A DNA stretch of 64,000 nt from Eubacteriales bacterium (lineage in GTDB: Bacteria > Bacillota > Clostridia > Oscillospirales > CAG-272), in assembly GCA_045613985.1 (NCBI GenBank), contig JAZLCA010000001.1, positions 616-64,615 on the forward strand. Reading direction: 5' to 3'. Position 1 is the first letter of the stretch. Each line of letters starts with the position of its first letter. The notes beneath the pieces are model-generated. The model was not told the DNA's origin and ran no database searches. It saw only the letters and a list, made by a program, of their open reading frames with translations. Position numbers and translations under genes: made by a program. This document shows positions 55,375 through 64,000 of this stretch, piece after piece.

Positions 55375-57360
55375 TTATCTGTGCCGATCTTTGCGCCCAT
55401 GCGAGCGGAAATCGTCCTTTTTTTGTTTGTTTGCCTGCGGTTTTGCCGTCGGCTTTTTCTTCATATCGGGCTTCTTGCGTGCATCCTCGCGCTTTGGCGA
55501 CGCACTCGAACGTCCTCCAAAGGAAGATTTGCTTGCCGCCGGGCGAGATGCACCCTCGGGACGTACCAGACACTCCGGACGGTTGCCGATCAGATCGGTG
55601 CGGCCGCACAGCCGCAACGCCTCTCGGACCAACGGCGCGTTGGCCGGTCGGTTGTATTGCAGAAGGGCGCGCTGAAGCTGCTTTTCGTGATAGTCCGTTG
55701 CCACGTACACCGATTTGCCCGTCAAGGGGTTGATGCCCGTGTAATACATGACGGTTGAGGCTGTGCCGGGGGTGGGATAGAAATCCTGCACCTGCTCGGG
55801 CGCGTAGCCGTCTCTCTTGAGGCAAACGGCCAACTCGATGGCGTCGTTCAAGGTAGAACCGGGATGGCTGGACATTAGGTAAGGCACCAGATATTGCTCC
55901 TTACCCATCTGATGCGTCAGATCGAAGAATTTGCCTCGGAATTTTTCGTACACCTCAAAGTGGGGCTTGCCCATGGCGTCCAGCACGCCCGCCGCGCAAT
56001 GCTCGGGCGCGACCTTGAGCTGGCCGCTGACGTGATCACGGACCAGCTTGCGGAAAAAGGCATCGTTGGGATCCTTGAGCAAATAGTCAAAGCGGATGCC
56101 CGAACGAATGAACACCTTTTTGATGCCCTTCACAGCCTCGATATGCTCGAGCAGCTTAACGTATTCCGTATGATCCGCCTTGAGATTTTTGCAGGGCGTG
56201 GGGGCAAGACACTTTCGACCCGTGCAAACACCGTTTTTGAGCTGTTGCTCGCAGGCGGGATGGCGGAAATTAGCGGTCGGACCGCCCACGTCGTGAATGT
56301 AGCCCTTGAAATTGGGCAGCTTTACGATCTTTTCGGCCTCTGCTACACAGCTTTCAATGCTGCGCGAGCGTACGGTGCGCCCCTGATGGAAGGCCAGGGC
56401 GCAGAAGTTGCAGGCACCGAAGCAACCGCGATTGTGGGTGATGGAGAACTGCACCTCCTCGATGCCGGGCACGCCGCCGTCCTTTTGATAGGACGGGTGA
56501 TAGGTGCGGGCATAGGGCAGGGAATAGACGCGGTCCAATTCTTCTCGCTCCAAGGGCGGCATGGGGGGATTTTGAACCAGAATTTTGGTGTCGTAATGCT
56601 CAACGATGGCTTTGCCCGTGATGGCGTCTTGGTTTTTGTACTGTACCCCGAAGGCCTCGGCCAGGCGGCGCTTATCGGTTTTCAGCTCGTTGTAATCAAA
56701 CTCGGCCGCGACGGGATAGTGGATCTTGTCCTCGGGCTTGCACAGGTAGACCGTGCCTCGCACGTCGCGGATCTTTTTGACGGGCACCCCTCGCGAGAGC
56801 AGCTCAGCGATGCGAAGCAGGATGTTCTCACCCATGCCGTAGGTCAGAAGATCGGCGCGGGAATCCACCAGAACCGAACGGCGCACCTTGTCGTCCCAGT
56901 AATCGTAATGGGCGAATCGGCGCAGCGAAGCCTCCAGACCGCCCAAAATGATGGGCACGTCACCGTACGCTTCGCGGATGCGGTTGCAATACACGATGGC
57001 CGCGCGGTCGGGGCGCTTGCCCATGACGCCGCCCGGGCTGTAATAGTCGTAGGTGCGGCGCTTTTTGGAGACGGTGTAATGGGCGACCATCGAGTCGATA
57101 TTGCCCGCCGTGACGAGAAAACCCAGCTTGGGACGGCCGAACTCGCGGAAGGCATCACAGCTCTTATAATCGGGCTGGGACAGAATGGCCACGCGGTAAC
57201 CCGCCGCCTCCAGCACGCGGGAGATGATAGACACGCCAAAGGAGGGGTGATCGACGTAAGCGTCACCCGTGACGTAGACGAAATCGGGAGAATCCCAGCC
57301 ACGCGCCTGCATATCGGCACGGTCGATGGGCAGAAAGGTAAAATCAGGGTTGTATGACAT
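55375..57360 (-). CDS. ygiQ: YgiQ-family radical SAM protein (UPF0313)
   Basis: ATG at 57360. N-terminus MSYNPDFTFLPIDRADMQARGWD..DFVYVTGDAYVDHPSFG, a CNFC motif, and a basic C-terminal tail. Confidence 0.9.
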   Translation of the reverse strand: MSYNPDFTFLPIDRADMQARGWDSPDFVYVTGDAYVDHPSFGVSIISRVLEAAGYRVAILSQPDYKSCDAFREFGRPKLGFLVTAGNIDSMVAHYTVSKKRRTYDYYSPGGVMGKRPDRAAIVYCNRIREAYGDVPIILGGLEASLRRFAHYDYWDDKVRRSVLVDSRADLLTYGMGENILLRIAELLSRGVPVKKIRDVRGTVYLCKPEDKIHYPVAAEFDYNELKTDKRRLAEAFGVQYKNQDAITGKAIVEHYDTKILVQNPPMPPLEREELDRVYSLPYARTYHPSYQKDGGVPGIEEVQFSITHNRGCFGACNFCALAFHQGRTVRSRSIESCVAEAEKIVKLPNFKGYIHDVGGPTANFRHPACEQQLKNGVCTGRKCLAPTPCKNLKADHTEYVKLLEHIEAVKGIKKVFIRSGIRFDYLLKDPNDAFFRKLVRDHVSGQLKVAPEHCAAGVLDAMGKPHFEVYEKFRGKFFDLTHQMGKEQYLVPYLMSSHPGSTLNDAIELAVCLKRDGYAPEQVQDFYPTPGTASTVMYYTGINPLTGKSVYVATDYHEKQLQRALLQYNRPANAPLVREALRLCGRTDLIGNRPECLVRPEGASRPAASKSSFGGRSSASPKREDARKKPDMKKKPTAKPQANKQKKDDFRSHGRKDRHR

Positions 57361-57392
57361 AACGATTCCTTTCGGAAAAGAATTTTTCAAAA

Positions 57393-58025
57393 TCAGGTCA
57401 GATCGCGCGATTCGACGACGAGAAGAGTGCCCTTGCGCACCGAGATGAAGCAGCAGTTGCCCGTGATCTCGTTGGACACGGCGTAGCCGAAGGTGCGGGA
57501 AAGCTTTTTGTTTTTGAGGGGATATTTCACGCCCTCGATGTCCACGCCCTTAACGAGCGGGTCAAGAGCAAGCAGTGAGACGTAGGTGTAGGTGCTGCGA
57601 GGGAGGATGGTGCTGTCGTTGCGCAAAAGGCGGGCACGGTTGTGACCGTCCTCGATGACGACGCGCACTTTTTTGTTGGCGAGATCTTCCAAAATGGCGA
57701 GATTGGACAGCGTGTGATCCAAACGACCGCCAAGACCGCCGACGATGGTAATGTCGGTCGCACCGCGCTGAAGCGCCAGCTCTGTGGCAAGCTGTGTGTC
57801 GGTGACGTCCTTTTCGGTGGGGACGGTAATGACTTCGACGCCGGGATCCACCTCGGGCGCGTGGCCCAGCGAGTCGTAGTCGCCCACCACAACGGCGGGA
57901 GAAAGCCCCAAAAGACGGGCATTGTCCAGGCCTGAGTCGGCGGCGACGATCAGGTCGCTCTCGGCGGGTTTGATATGAATATTGTCGGGGTGAATGACAC
58001 CGCCGGTGAGGATGTAGGTTTTCAT
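57393..58025 (-). CDS. thiN: Thiamine pyrophosphokinase
   Basis: ATG at 58025. Contains VAADSG and VVGDYDSL. Confidence 0.85.
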   Translation of the reverse strand: MKTYILTGGVIHPDNIHIKPAESDLIVAADSGLDNARLLGLSPAVVVGDYDSLGHAPEVDPGVEVITVPTEKDVTDTQLATELALQRGATDITIVGGLGGRLDHTLSNLAILEDLANKKVRVVIEDGHNRARLLRNDSTILPRSTYTYVSLLALDPLVKGVDIEGVKYPLKNKKLSRTFGYAVSNEITGNCCFISVRKGTLLVVESRDLT

Positions 58026-58056
58026 AGCGTGTTCCTTTCGGGGGGCGTTTTTATTG

Positions 58057-58108
58057 GGAAAAACTTCTTGAAAGAAGTTTTTTCTCAAACCCTTTTCAAG
58101 AACTTTAT
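58057..58108 (-). terminator. Terminator-like hairpin, second copy of the 39189-39239 family
   Basis: Same core sequence as the first copy. Lies 32 nt upstream of the thiN ATG and downstream of ORF 58233-59099. Confidence 0.5.
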
Positions 58109-58157
58109 AAGGGGAAATATTGGGGCAAAGCGGGGGTGCGATTGCCTCTTTTTGCAG

Positions 58158-58200
58158 AATAGCTGCCGCAAGCTCGTGGGGCCCTCCCCACTCGCTCTGA
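58158..58200. repeat. Imperfect inverted repeat, left arm, flanking ORF 58233-59099
   Basis: AATAGCTGCCGCAAG...GTGGGGCCCTC. The inverted partner is at 59201-59243. Confidence 0.6.
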
Positions 58201-58232
58201 CGAGATGTTAGTCTGATTTATGGAGGAAAGAT

Positions 58233-59099
58233 TTATTGGTCGAGGTAATCGTTTCCGTCGATTTTGATGATATCAAATCTTACGCCGCCAAGCTCGGACA
58301 CCTCTTTGAGCGACAGGTCGTTGAATACCTTGGCGTTTTCCGCTTGTTCCCAGGTCGCGTAGTCGGTATCGCTATCGAAATCGAACCAATACTCATATCC
58401 CGTGTTATCCTCATTCGTCCATTTTGAAACGATAAATTGACGGAAATATTTTGCACACGAATAGGACATCTCGATTTCAAGAGAGGAATCGGGTGCAAGT
58501 TCGGGGGTGAGCAGGGCGCGAATCTTGTCGTAGGTAACGGCCTTGGGCAACTCGAATCCGCACATCATACAAAAACGGCTGGCTGCCGCCTTCATCGGTT
58601 GATCAATCTCCAATTCCCAATGATCGTTTTCATGGGTAAAAACGAGGAGATGCTCCATAGAGGCATCAAAAACATACAAATCTTCGGGAAGAACGGTATG
58701 AGCCAAATACATATCCAGGGCGGAAAGTCGCCATCCCTCGTTCCATTCAAATTCGATGATATCCGCAAGCTCTCTTGCGTTCATTTTTGCAACGCCGCCC
58801 TTGCATTCAACACCGTCCACTTCGATTCCATGACAATCCGGCTTGCTCTCGTTTTCCGACATAAAAAACACGTCGCCCGGCAAGGATCTCAAAAAATCAA
58901 GAGATTGCGCAAAAGAAATGGCGCGATGGTCCATCAGTTCCCACAGATATCTTTCTTCGCAGGTAACCGTATAATTCTTGGCGGCAAGTGCTTGTATCCA
59001 CTCTTTATTCTCACTTTGGAAGTCATCCCACGACATCGTGAATGTTTCTATAAATGCTTGGCGAATTTCTTGCGCGTTTTCCATCAGGGTGATATTCAT
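58233..59099 (-). CDS. Hypothetical protein (288 aa), lower GC than its neighbours
   Basis: ATG at 59099 follows AAAGGGGA. The ORF-track start at 59273 runs through the repeat and is unlikely. Confidence 0.6.
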   Translation of the reverse strand: MNITLMENAQEIRQAFIETFTMSWDDFQSENKEWIQALAAKNYTVTCEERYLWELMDHRAISFAQSLDFLRSLPGDVFFMSENESKPDCHGIEVDGVECKGGVAKMNARELADIIEFEWNEGWRLSALDMYLAHTVLPEDLYVFDASMEHLLVFTHENDHWELEIDQPMKAAASRFCMMCGFELPKAVTYDKIRALLTPELAPDSSLEIEMSYSCAKYFRQFIVSKWTNEDNTGYEYWFDFDSDTDYATWEQAENAKVFNDLSLKEVSELGGVRFDIIKIDGNDYLDQ

Positions 59100-59200
59100 A
59101 GTGCATCCCCTTTCTTGTCGTTTTAAGTTGATTCCTTCGAGGTACATTGTGGAGAAGAAGGGGAAGGGGGACGGAGTAAATCTGCAAAGCAGATTTATGC

Positions 59201-59243
59201 CGAGCGGAGCGAGGAGAGGGCCCCACTTCTTGCGGCAGCTATT
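59201..59243. repeat. Imperfect inverted repeat, right arm
   Basis: Its reverse complement shares perfect blocks of 15 and 11 bp with 58158-58186. Confidence 0.6.
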
Positions 59244-59338
59244 GATTGGAACAGCGTACTTTCTTCCCTCCATAGGAGAGAAGAAGTTGTAAGGGCGAGC
59301 TTTTCCTTTTCCTTCTATAAAGTTTTTTGAGGGGGACA

Positions 59339-59366
59339 GGGGAACTTTTTTTCAAAAAAGTTCCCC
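59339..59366 (-). terminator. Palindrome GGGGAACTTTTTTT-C-AAAAAAGTTCCCC, 17 nt after the rsgA stop
   Basis: Family member. Confidence 0.6.
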
Positions 59367-59382
59367 TCGTACTCTCCGTTCT

Positions 59383-60411
59383 TTAATGATGCGACGGTGC
59401 CTTGGTCCAGGGATGCTTGTCCTTGAGATCGTTGTAAATACTGACAAAGCTTTCGTGGCGGGAGGGGGCGATATCGCCGCGGCGGACGGCGTCGAGGACG
59501 GCACATCCCTCTTCCTTGAGGTGGGTGCAGTCGGAGTAGCGGCACTGTCCGAGATAGGGGGCAAAATCCCGCATGGCCGCGGGCAGATCGTCCTTTTCAA
59601 AGAAATCAAAGCGGGTGAAATCCAACAGGGAAAAGCCGGGCGTGTCGGCAATGTAGCCGCCGGCACCCTCGCAGTCGGGCCACAAATCCGAAAGAGCGAA
59701 CAGCGTAACCTCTCGGGTGGTGTGTCGGCCGCGGGCGTTCTTTTGGCTGATCTCGCCTGTCAGGCGGGAAAGAGAGGGGAACAAACGGTTCATCAGGGTG
59801 GATTTTCCCACACCCGAGGCTCCTGCGAAAGCGGAAAGCTTGTCGCGGGCGTTCTCCCGAATATAGTTGGCTACCGCTTCGATGCCCTCGCCCTTCTCAC
59901 AGCTGACCGCGAAGGAGGCAAAGCCCGCCTTGGCGTACAGCGCTTGCAACTCGGCGGCGCGGCCGGGGGCAAGGTCGGATTTTCCTACGATAACCACAGG
60001 CTCGATGCGGTTGTGCTCCGCAATGGAAATAAGCTTGTCCACCGTGGGTAAGAGCGGCGCGGGCTTGGCGGCCGCCATGGGAACAAACAGCACCTCCAGA
60101 TTTGCCATCGGGGGGCGGATAAGGGCATTTTTACGGGGAAGAATATCCTCGATGCGAATGCCGCTGCCGTCGTCCAAAGGGGCATAGGAGCCGTCCTCGT
60201 TTGTCTTCAGCGCGGTATCATCGTAGCCGATCAACACTTGGTCGCCGGGCAGGGGCGTGGTACCCTCATGGCGAAAAACACCGCGGGCGCGGCAGGAAAT
60301 GGTCATGCCGTCGAGCGGTGTGGGGGTGGAGGAGGCTTGGGCGGAGTCGGTTCGGATGGTGTACAGGCCGCCGACGCCTTGAATGATTTTTCCGCGGGTT
60401 TGGTAGGTCAT
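59383..60411 (-). CDS. rsgA: Ribosome small-subunit-dependent GTPase A
   Basis: GASGVGKSTLMNRL and a C-terminal zinc cluster (CRYSDCTHLKEEGC). Confidence 0.9.
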   Translation of the reverse strand: MTYQTRGKIIQGVGGLYTIRTDSAQASSTPTPLDGMTISCRARGVFRHEGTTPLPGDQVLIGYDDTALKTNEDGSYAPLDDGSGIRIEDILPRKNALIRPPMANLEVLFVPMAAAKPAPLLPTVDKLISIAEHNRIEPVVIVGKSDLAPGRAAELQALYAKAGFASFAVSCEKGEGIEAVANYIRENARDKLSAFAGASGVGKSTLMNRLFPSLSRLTGEISQKNARGRHTTREVTLFALSDLWPDCEGAGGYIADTPGFSLLDFTRFDFFEKDDLPAAMRDFAPYLGQCRYSDCTHLKEEGCAVLDAVRRGDIAPSRHESFVSIYNDLKDKHPWTKAPSHH

Positions 60412-60424
60412 TATGTATCCTTTC

Positions 60425-60876
60425 GGGGGAGGTTATTTTTGTTTAGCTAAGGTTTTTGCAACTTCTTCTACGGGAAGGGCGCGCCACAACGCGGCGCGCT
60501 TGGCGAGATGTTACTTCTTTGACACACGTCAAAGAAGTAACCAAGAAAACGTGCCAAGACGTTCCCCCTTGGATCTCCCTTCCCGTGCCGCTCTACAAAG
60601 TGGAATCGGAGAAAGACATAAGATTTTTTGGTGCAAGGCTCGCCATTTTGCCACCACGAGCGGCAGATATGGAAAGCAAAAATTGTTATAGCAGTTCTAA
60701 TATTGTGGAGCGGAGTGGGTGGGGACCCACGCAGCTTGCGGAAGTATCTTTGGAGCAACGTGCGTTCTTTCCCACACAGAGATAGAAGTAGTTGTCCCGG
60801 CTACGCTCCTATTGCTTTTTGTAAAGTTTTTGGGGGTGTGGGGACTTTTTTTAAAAAGTCCCCGCGTCGTCATACT
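60425..60876. other. Non-coding structured/repeat region, partial paralog of 32586-33183
   Basis: Shares a 45-nt motif (60425-60471) with 33141-33183. Contains a 14-bp perfect hairpin at 60510-60541 and a GC hairpin at 60479-60499. Confidence 0.45.
60840..60863 (-). terminator. Palindrome GGGGACTTTTTTTAAAAAGTCCCC, 14 nt after the PASTA gene stop
   Basis: Family member. Confidence 0.6.
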
Positions 60877-61653
60877 CTACTCCTCAAACTCACACCCCTT
60901 ACTAACCACAAGATGCGCCGAGGATCCCGTGACGACCGTCGTACCGGCCAGCGGGCGTTGGGAAACGACACACCCCGGGGGGACTTCGTCGGAATAGGCG
61001 TATTCGGGGGGATCGGGGCGCAAGCCACGCAGGACCAGCGCGTTGTTGGCAAGCGATTGTTCTGTCCCAACAACGTCGGGGACGCGGACCGTTTTGGCGG
61101 TGAGAACGTGGCTTTCGGTCAGCGTGACGATCTCTCCCTCCCGCAAGGTCGTTCCCTCGGGGGGATCGACGGCCACGACCTGTCCGGGCGACAGATCGCT
61201 TCGCAGTACGCTCTTTTTCCGAACGATCAGCCCGTGCGACTGCAACAGAAGCGCCGTCTCTTTGGCGTTGGTTCCGATCAGGGGCGGAAGGGTATATTGG
61301 GCAGGACCCGTGCTGATCGTCAATTTTAACGTGCAGGGGGCGCGCCCGGGAAGGATGCGGCGGCGCGAACCGCCGGCGGGGGATTGGCCCAGTACGGTGC
61401 CGGGGGCCGTGGCGGCATCGGCGCGGTAATCGCAAATAATTTCGTAATTGCTGTCCGAGAACAGATCATCGCCGTCGGTCAGCGTTTGCCCGATCAGCGA
61501 CGGGACGGTGATCTCCCGGCTGTCTGCCTGGCGTGTCGGCAGATAGGTGGAAAACAGATAAGTGGCCGTCAGCGCTCCAACCGACAAAAGAAAAAACAGA
61601 AATCGGAGCAGCGCGCGGCGCAGGGCGTGGCCGTAAGGCCGTTGAGTCGTCAT
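60877..61653 (-). CDS. Membrane-anchored protein with three PASTA domains and no kinase domain
   Basis: TM segment LLRFLFFLLSVGALTATYLF followed by three V/TxPxLIG-type PASTA units. Confidence 0.85.
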   Translation of the reverse strand: MTTQRPYGHALRRALLRFLFFLLSVGALTATYLFSTYLPTRQADSREITVPSLIGQTLTDGDDLFSDSNYEIICDYRADAATAPGTVLGQSPAGGSRRRILPGRAPCTLKLTISTGPAQYTLPPLIGTNAKETALLLQSHGLIVRKKSVLRSDLSPGQVVAVDPPEGTTLREGEIVTLTESHVLTAKTVRVPDVVGTEQSLANNALVLRGLRPDPPEYAYSDEVPPGCVVSQRPLAGTTVVTGSSAHLVVSKGCEFEE

Positions 61654-61693
61654 AAAAACCTCCGTACATTATTTAAATATGTACGGAAACGCA

Positions 61694-62779
61694 TCAGTTT
61701 TGCTCTGCCTCCGAAGCGGCGGTACGGCGAAGCTGGCCGCAGGCGGCGTTGATGTCGGGACCGAGCTTGCGGCGGACGGTGGCACGAATGCCCCGCTTTT
61801 CCAGCGCTTGGGCAAAGGCGCGAACGGCTTTCTCGCCCGATCGGACAAATCCCGTCTCGCTGACCTCGTTGACGGGAATCAAATTGACGTGGATGGGCAT
61901 GGTGTCGTCCTTCGAGCGCAGGCGGCTGTTGAGCAGCTTGGCCAGCTTTTCTGCCTGCTCGACGGAATCGTTCTTGCCCGAAATGAGAGTGTACTCAAAG
62001 GAAATGCGGCGACCTGTTGTCGCATAATAACGGCGGCAGGCGGCCAGCAGCTCGTCTACGCCCCAACGCTTGTTGATGGGCATAATGGCACTTCGCGTCT
62101 CGTCGTCGGGGGCGTGAAGCGAAATGGACAGCGTGATGGGCAGCTTCCATTTGGCCAACTCGTCGATTTTGTCGACAAGACCGCAGGTGGAAAGGGAAAT
62201 GTGACGGTAGCCGATGCAAATGCCCGTCGGCTCGTTGACCAAGCGCAAAAATTGGATGACGGCATCGAAATTATCCAGCGGCTCGCCGATGCCCATCATG
62301 ACAATGTTGTCAATGCGCTCGCCCAGTTCTTTTTGGGCGGCAATGACCTGACCGAGCAATTCGCCGGCACTCAGGTCGCGCACCTTGCCCCCGATGGTGG
62401 AGGCGCAAAAGCGGCAGCCCATGCGACAGCCCACCTGCGAGGAAATGCAAATGGTGTTGCCGTGCTCGTATTTCATGATGACACTCTCGACGCAGTTGCC
62501 GTCGGACAGCGAGAACAGCAGCTTGACGGTGCCGTCAATGGCAGAGACCAGCTTGCGTTCCACGCGCGGCAGGTGATAGACGGCGACCTCGCCCAGCTTT
62601 TGACGGGTGGCCTTGCCGATGTTGGTCATGTCCTCGGGCGAGAGGCCCTTGTGTAATTGCGGGAAGATCTGCCCGGCGCGGTATTTGGGCTCGCCGAGCG
62701 AGATGAGCAGGTCGGCAAGCTCGTCGGGAAGGAGCGAGAGCAGTTCAACTTTAGTTTGTGTATCTTGCATTGGTTTCAT
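61694..62779 (-). CDS. rlmN: 23S rRNA/tRNA (adenine-C2)-methyltransferase RlmN
   Basis: Radical SAM motif CRMGCRFCAS. Confidence 0.95.
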   Translation of the reverse strand: MKPMQDTQTKVELLSLLPDELADLLISLGEPKYRAGQIFPQLHKGLSPEDMTNIGKATRQKLGEVAVYHLPRVERKLVSAIDGTVKLLFSLSDGNCVESVIMKYEHGNTICISSQVGCRMGCRFCASTIGGKVRDLSAGELLGQVIAAQKELGERIDNIVMMGIGEPLDNFDAVIQFLRLVNEPTGICIGYRHISLSTCGLVDKIDELAKWKLPITLSISLHAPDDETRSAIMPINKRWGVDELLAACRRYYATTGRRISFEYTLISGKNDSVEQAEKLAKLLNSRLRSKDDTMPIHVNLIPVNEVSETGFVRSGEKAVRAFAQALEKRGIRATVRRKLGPDINAACGQLRRTAASEAEQN

Positions 62780-64000
62780 TCCTTTATAAACTTTGCCACA
62801 AAAAAGCCATCGGTGCCGTGGCGGTCGGGGGTCAGCGTCAGCATACCGCTCTCGCTCGAAAGATCTCCCACTGTGAAATCACAGGGGGTAAATTCGGGAT
62901 GGCGGGAGAGAAAACGGGCGACGTTGTCTTCGTTTTCCTCGGGGAACAGAGTGCAGGTTGAGTAGACCAGCACGCCGCCGGATTTGACGTATCGGCAGGC
63001 ATTCTCCAGAATGGCCAGCTGAATGTCGGGGAGCGGGGACAGCTCGGACAGATCCTTGTAGCGGATCTCTGGCTTTTTGGCCAGCACGCCAAAGCCCGAG
63101 CAGGGAACGTCGCACAGCACGCGGTCGGCGGAGTTCTCCAGTGACGGATCAAAGACGCGGCCGTCGCGGGCGGCGACGGATACGTTGGAAAGGCCCAAAC
63201 GGACCGCCCCCTTTTCGATCAGCGACAGCTTGTTTTGGTGCAGATCGAAGGCGGTCAGAGAGCCGGTGTTTTTCATTTGGATGGCCATGCCGAAGGTCTT
63301 GGAGCCGGGGCAGGCGCAAATATCGAGAACGGTCATGCCTGGCTTGGCATCGACGGCCTCGACGCATACCTGGCTGGCCTCGTCTTGAACAAAGAAATCG
63401 CCCTGGTCAAAGCCGGGGAGAGTGGTCGGATTGCCGCCGTCCAAACGTAGCGCGCAGGGCGCGTGAAGGGCAGGGGAAACGTCGGCTCCCGCGGCCTTGC
63501 ATCGAGCGGCCAACTCCTCCACGCGCGTGCGGCAGGTGTTGACGCGGATGGTCAAGGGCGGCGTTTGGTCGATCGCGGCAAAGACTTGCTCTGCCCGATC
63601 AAAACCGAATATGCCGACAAAACGTTCACAAAGCGGCACCGGGAAAGAATATGCCACCGACAGATAACGCAAGGGATCGCTCGCGCGGTCGGGCAGAGCA
63701 ATGCTCTCGCCCTCGCGGGTATAGCGGCGCAACAGGGCGTTGACAAATCCCCGCGCCCGCTTAGGAGCCAGCGAAACGGTCTCGTTCAGGGCGGCGTGGG
63801 CAGGAATGCGGTCCATAAACCGCAGCTGATACAATCCCAGGCGAAGCGCGATGCGCACCTCGGCATCCAGCTTGTCGGCGGGGCGGTCGGACAGCGCGTC
63901 GATCAGATAATCCAGCGTGATGCGCTTTTCCAGCACACCGTAGACAAGGGCGGTCAAAAAGCCCCGGTCGGCATCGCTGAGCTTGCCCCGACGGATGGCG
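62776..64000 (-). CDS. rsmB: 16S rRNA (cytosine967-C5)-methyltransferase RsmB (partial; N-terminus beyond window end)
   Basis: The frame stays open upstream of the track start (...AIRRGKLSDADRGF-LTALVYGVLEK). Carries the methyltransferase motifs DICACPGSKT and DVPCSG. Confidence 0.9.
   Translation of the reverse strand, partial: AIRRGKLSDADRGFLTALVYGVLEKRITLDYLIDALSDRPADKLDAEVRIALRLGLYQLRFMDRIPAHAALNETVSLAPKRARGFVNALLRRYTREGESIALPDRASDPLRYLSVAYSFPVPLCERFVGIFGFDRAEQVFAAIDQTPPLTIRVNTCRTRVEELAARCKAAGADVSPALHAPCALRLDGGNPTTLPGFDQGDFFVQDEASQVCVEAVDAKPGMTVLDICACPGSKTFGMAIQMKNTGSLTAFDLHQNKLSLIEKGAVRLGLSNVSVAARDGRVFDPSLENSADRVLCDVPCSGFGVLAKKPEIRYKDLSELSPLPDIQLAILENACRYVKSGGVLVYSTCTLFPEENEDNVARFLSRHPEFTPCDFTVGDLSSESGMLTLTPDRHGTDGFFVAKFIKE

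Noticed and set aside
59100-59273. N-terminal 58-aa extension of ORF 58233-59273 in the track (similar extensions at infB 47862-48005, thiN, nusA, ygiQ and the LRR/lipoprotein genes)
   Set aside because: The extensions lack an RBS and cross repeats or terminators. In each case an internal ATG with a good Shine-Dalgarno sequence matches the expected family N-terminus.

Overview
This is a chromosomal segment from a high-GC, spore-forming Firmicutes/Clostridia-type bacterium. That placement rests on spoIIE and on three minus-strand clusters: yybS-gdpP-rplI-dnaB-tilS-hpt-ftsH, rimP-nusA-ylxR-ylxQ-infB, and rsmB-rlmN-PASTA-rsgA-...-thiN. I call about 50 protein genes, one tRNA-Pro(CGG), a tRNA-derived pseudo-element, many clean intrinsic terminators and several near-consensus sigma-A-type promoters. 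Long ORFs antisense to real genes are common here because the antisense frames are stop-poor; I rejected them. The main accessory region is a visibly A+T-rich island of about 6.5 kb (10932-17438). It lies 3' of tRNA-Pro and is bracketed by 208-bp direct repeats that end in the 3' 46 nt of the tRNA. The island carries an XRE regulator and a short 279-aa tyrosine recombinase. Next comes a 202-bp segment bounded by perfect 24-bp inverted repeats, which contains a strong promoter currently pointing away from the downstream genes (a candidate invertible ON/OFF switch). Downstream is a five-gene module headed by a YdjI-like SPFH protein with three zinc ribbons, followed by membrane and zinc-ribbon proteins with no recognisable enzymatic domain. 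This module is my best candidate for an undescribed, phase-variable, membrane-acting system. Other notable items: a lipoprotein protease with 9 x 41-aa His/Cys repeats; an orphan LytTR regulator with Glu at the phospho-acceptor position upstream of a 1417-aa coiled-coil lipoprotein; a kinase-less PASTA protein where stp-prkC normally sit; a low-GC ORF flanked by inverted repeats where rpe normally sits; hairpin-dense non-coding elements with partial paralogs; recurrent near-identical terminator palindromes; and a 42-bp x 8 tandem repeat in infB. All calls come from reading the sequence and ORF track by eye. No database searches or structure predictions were run.
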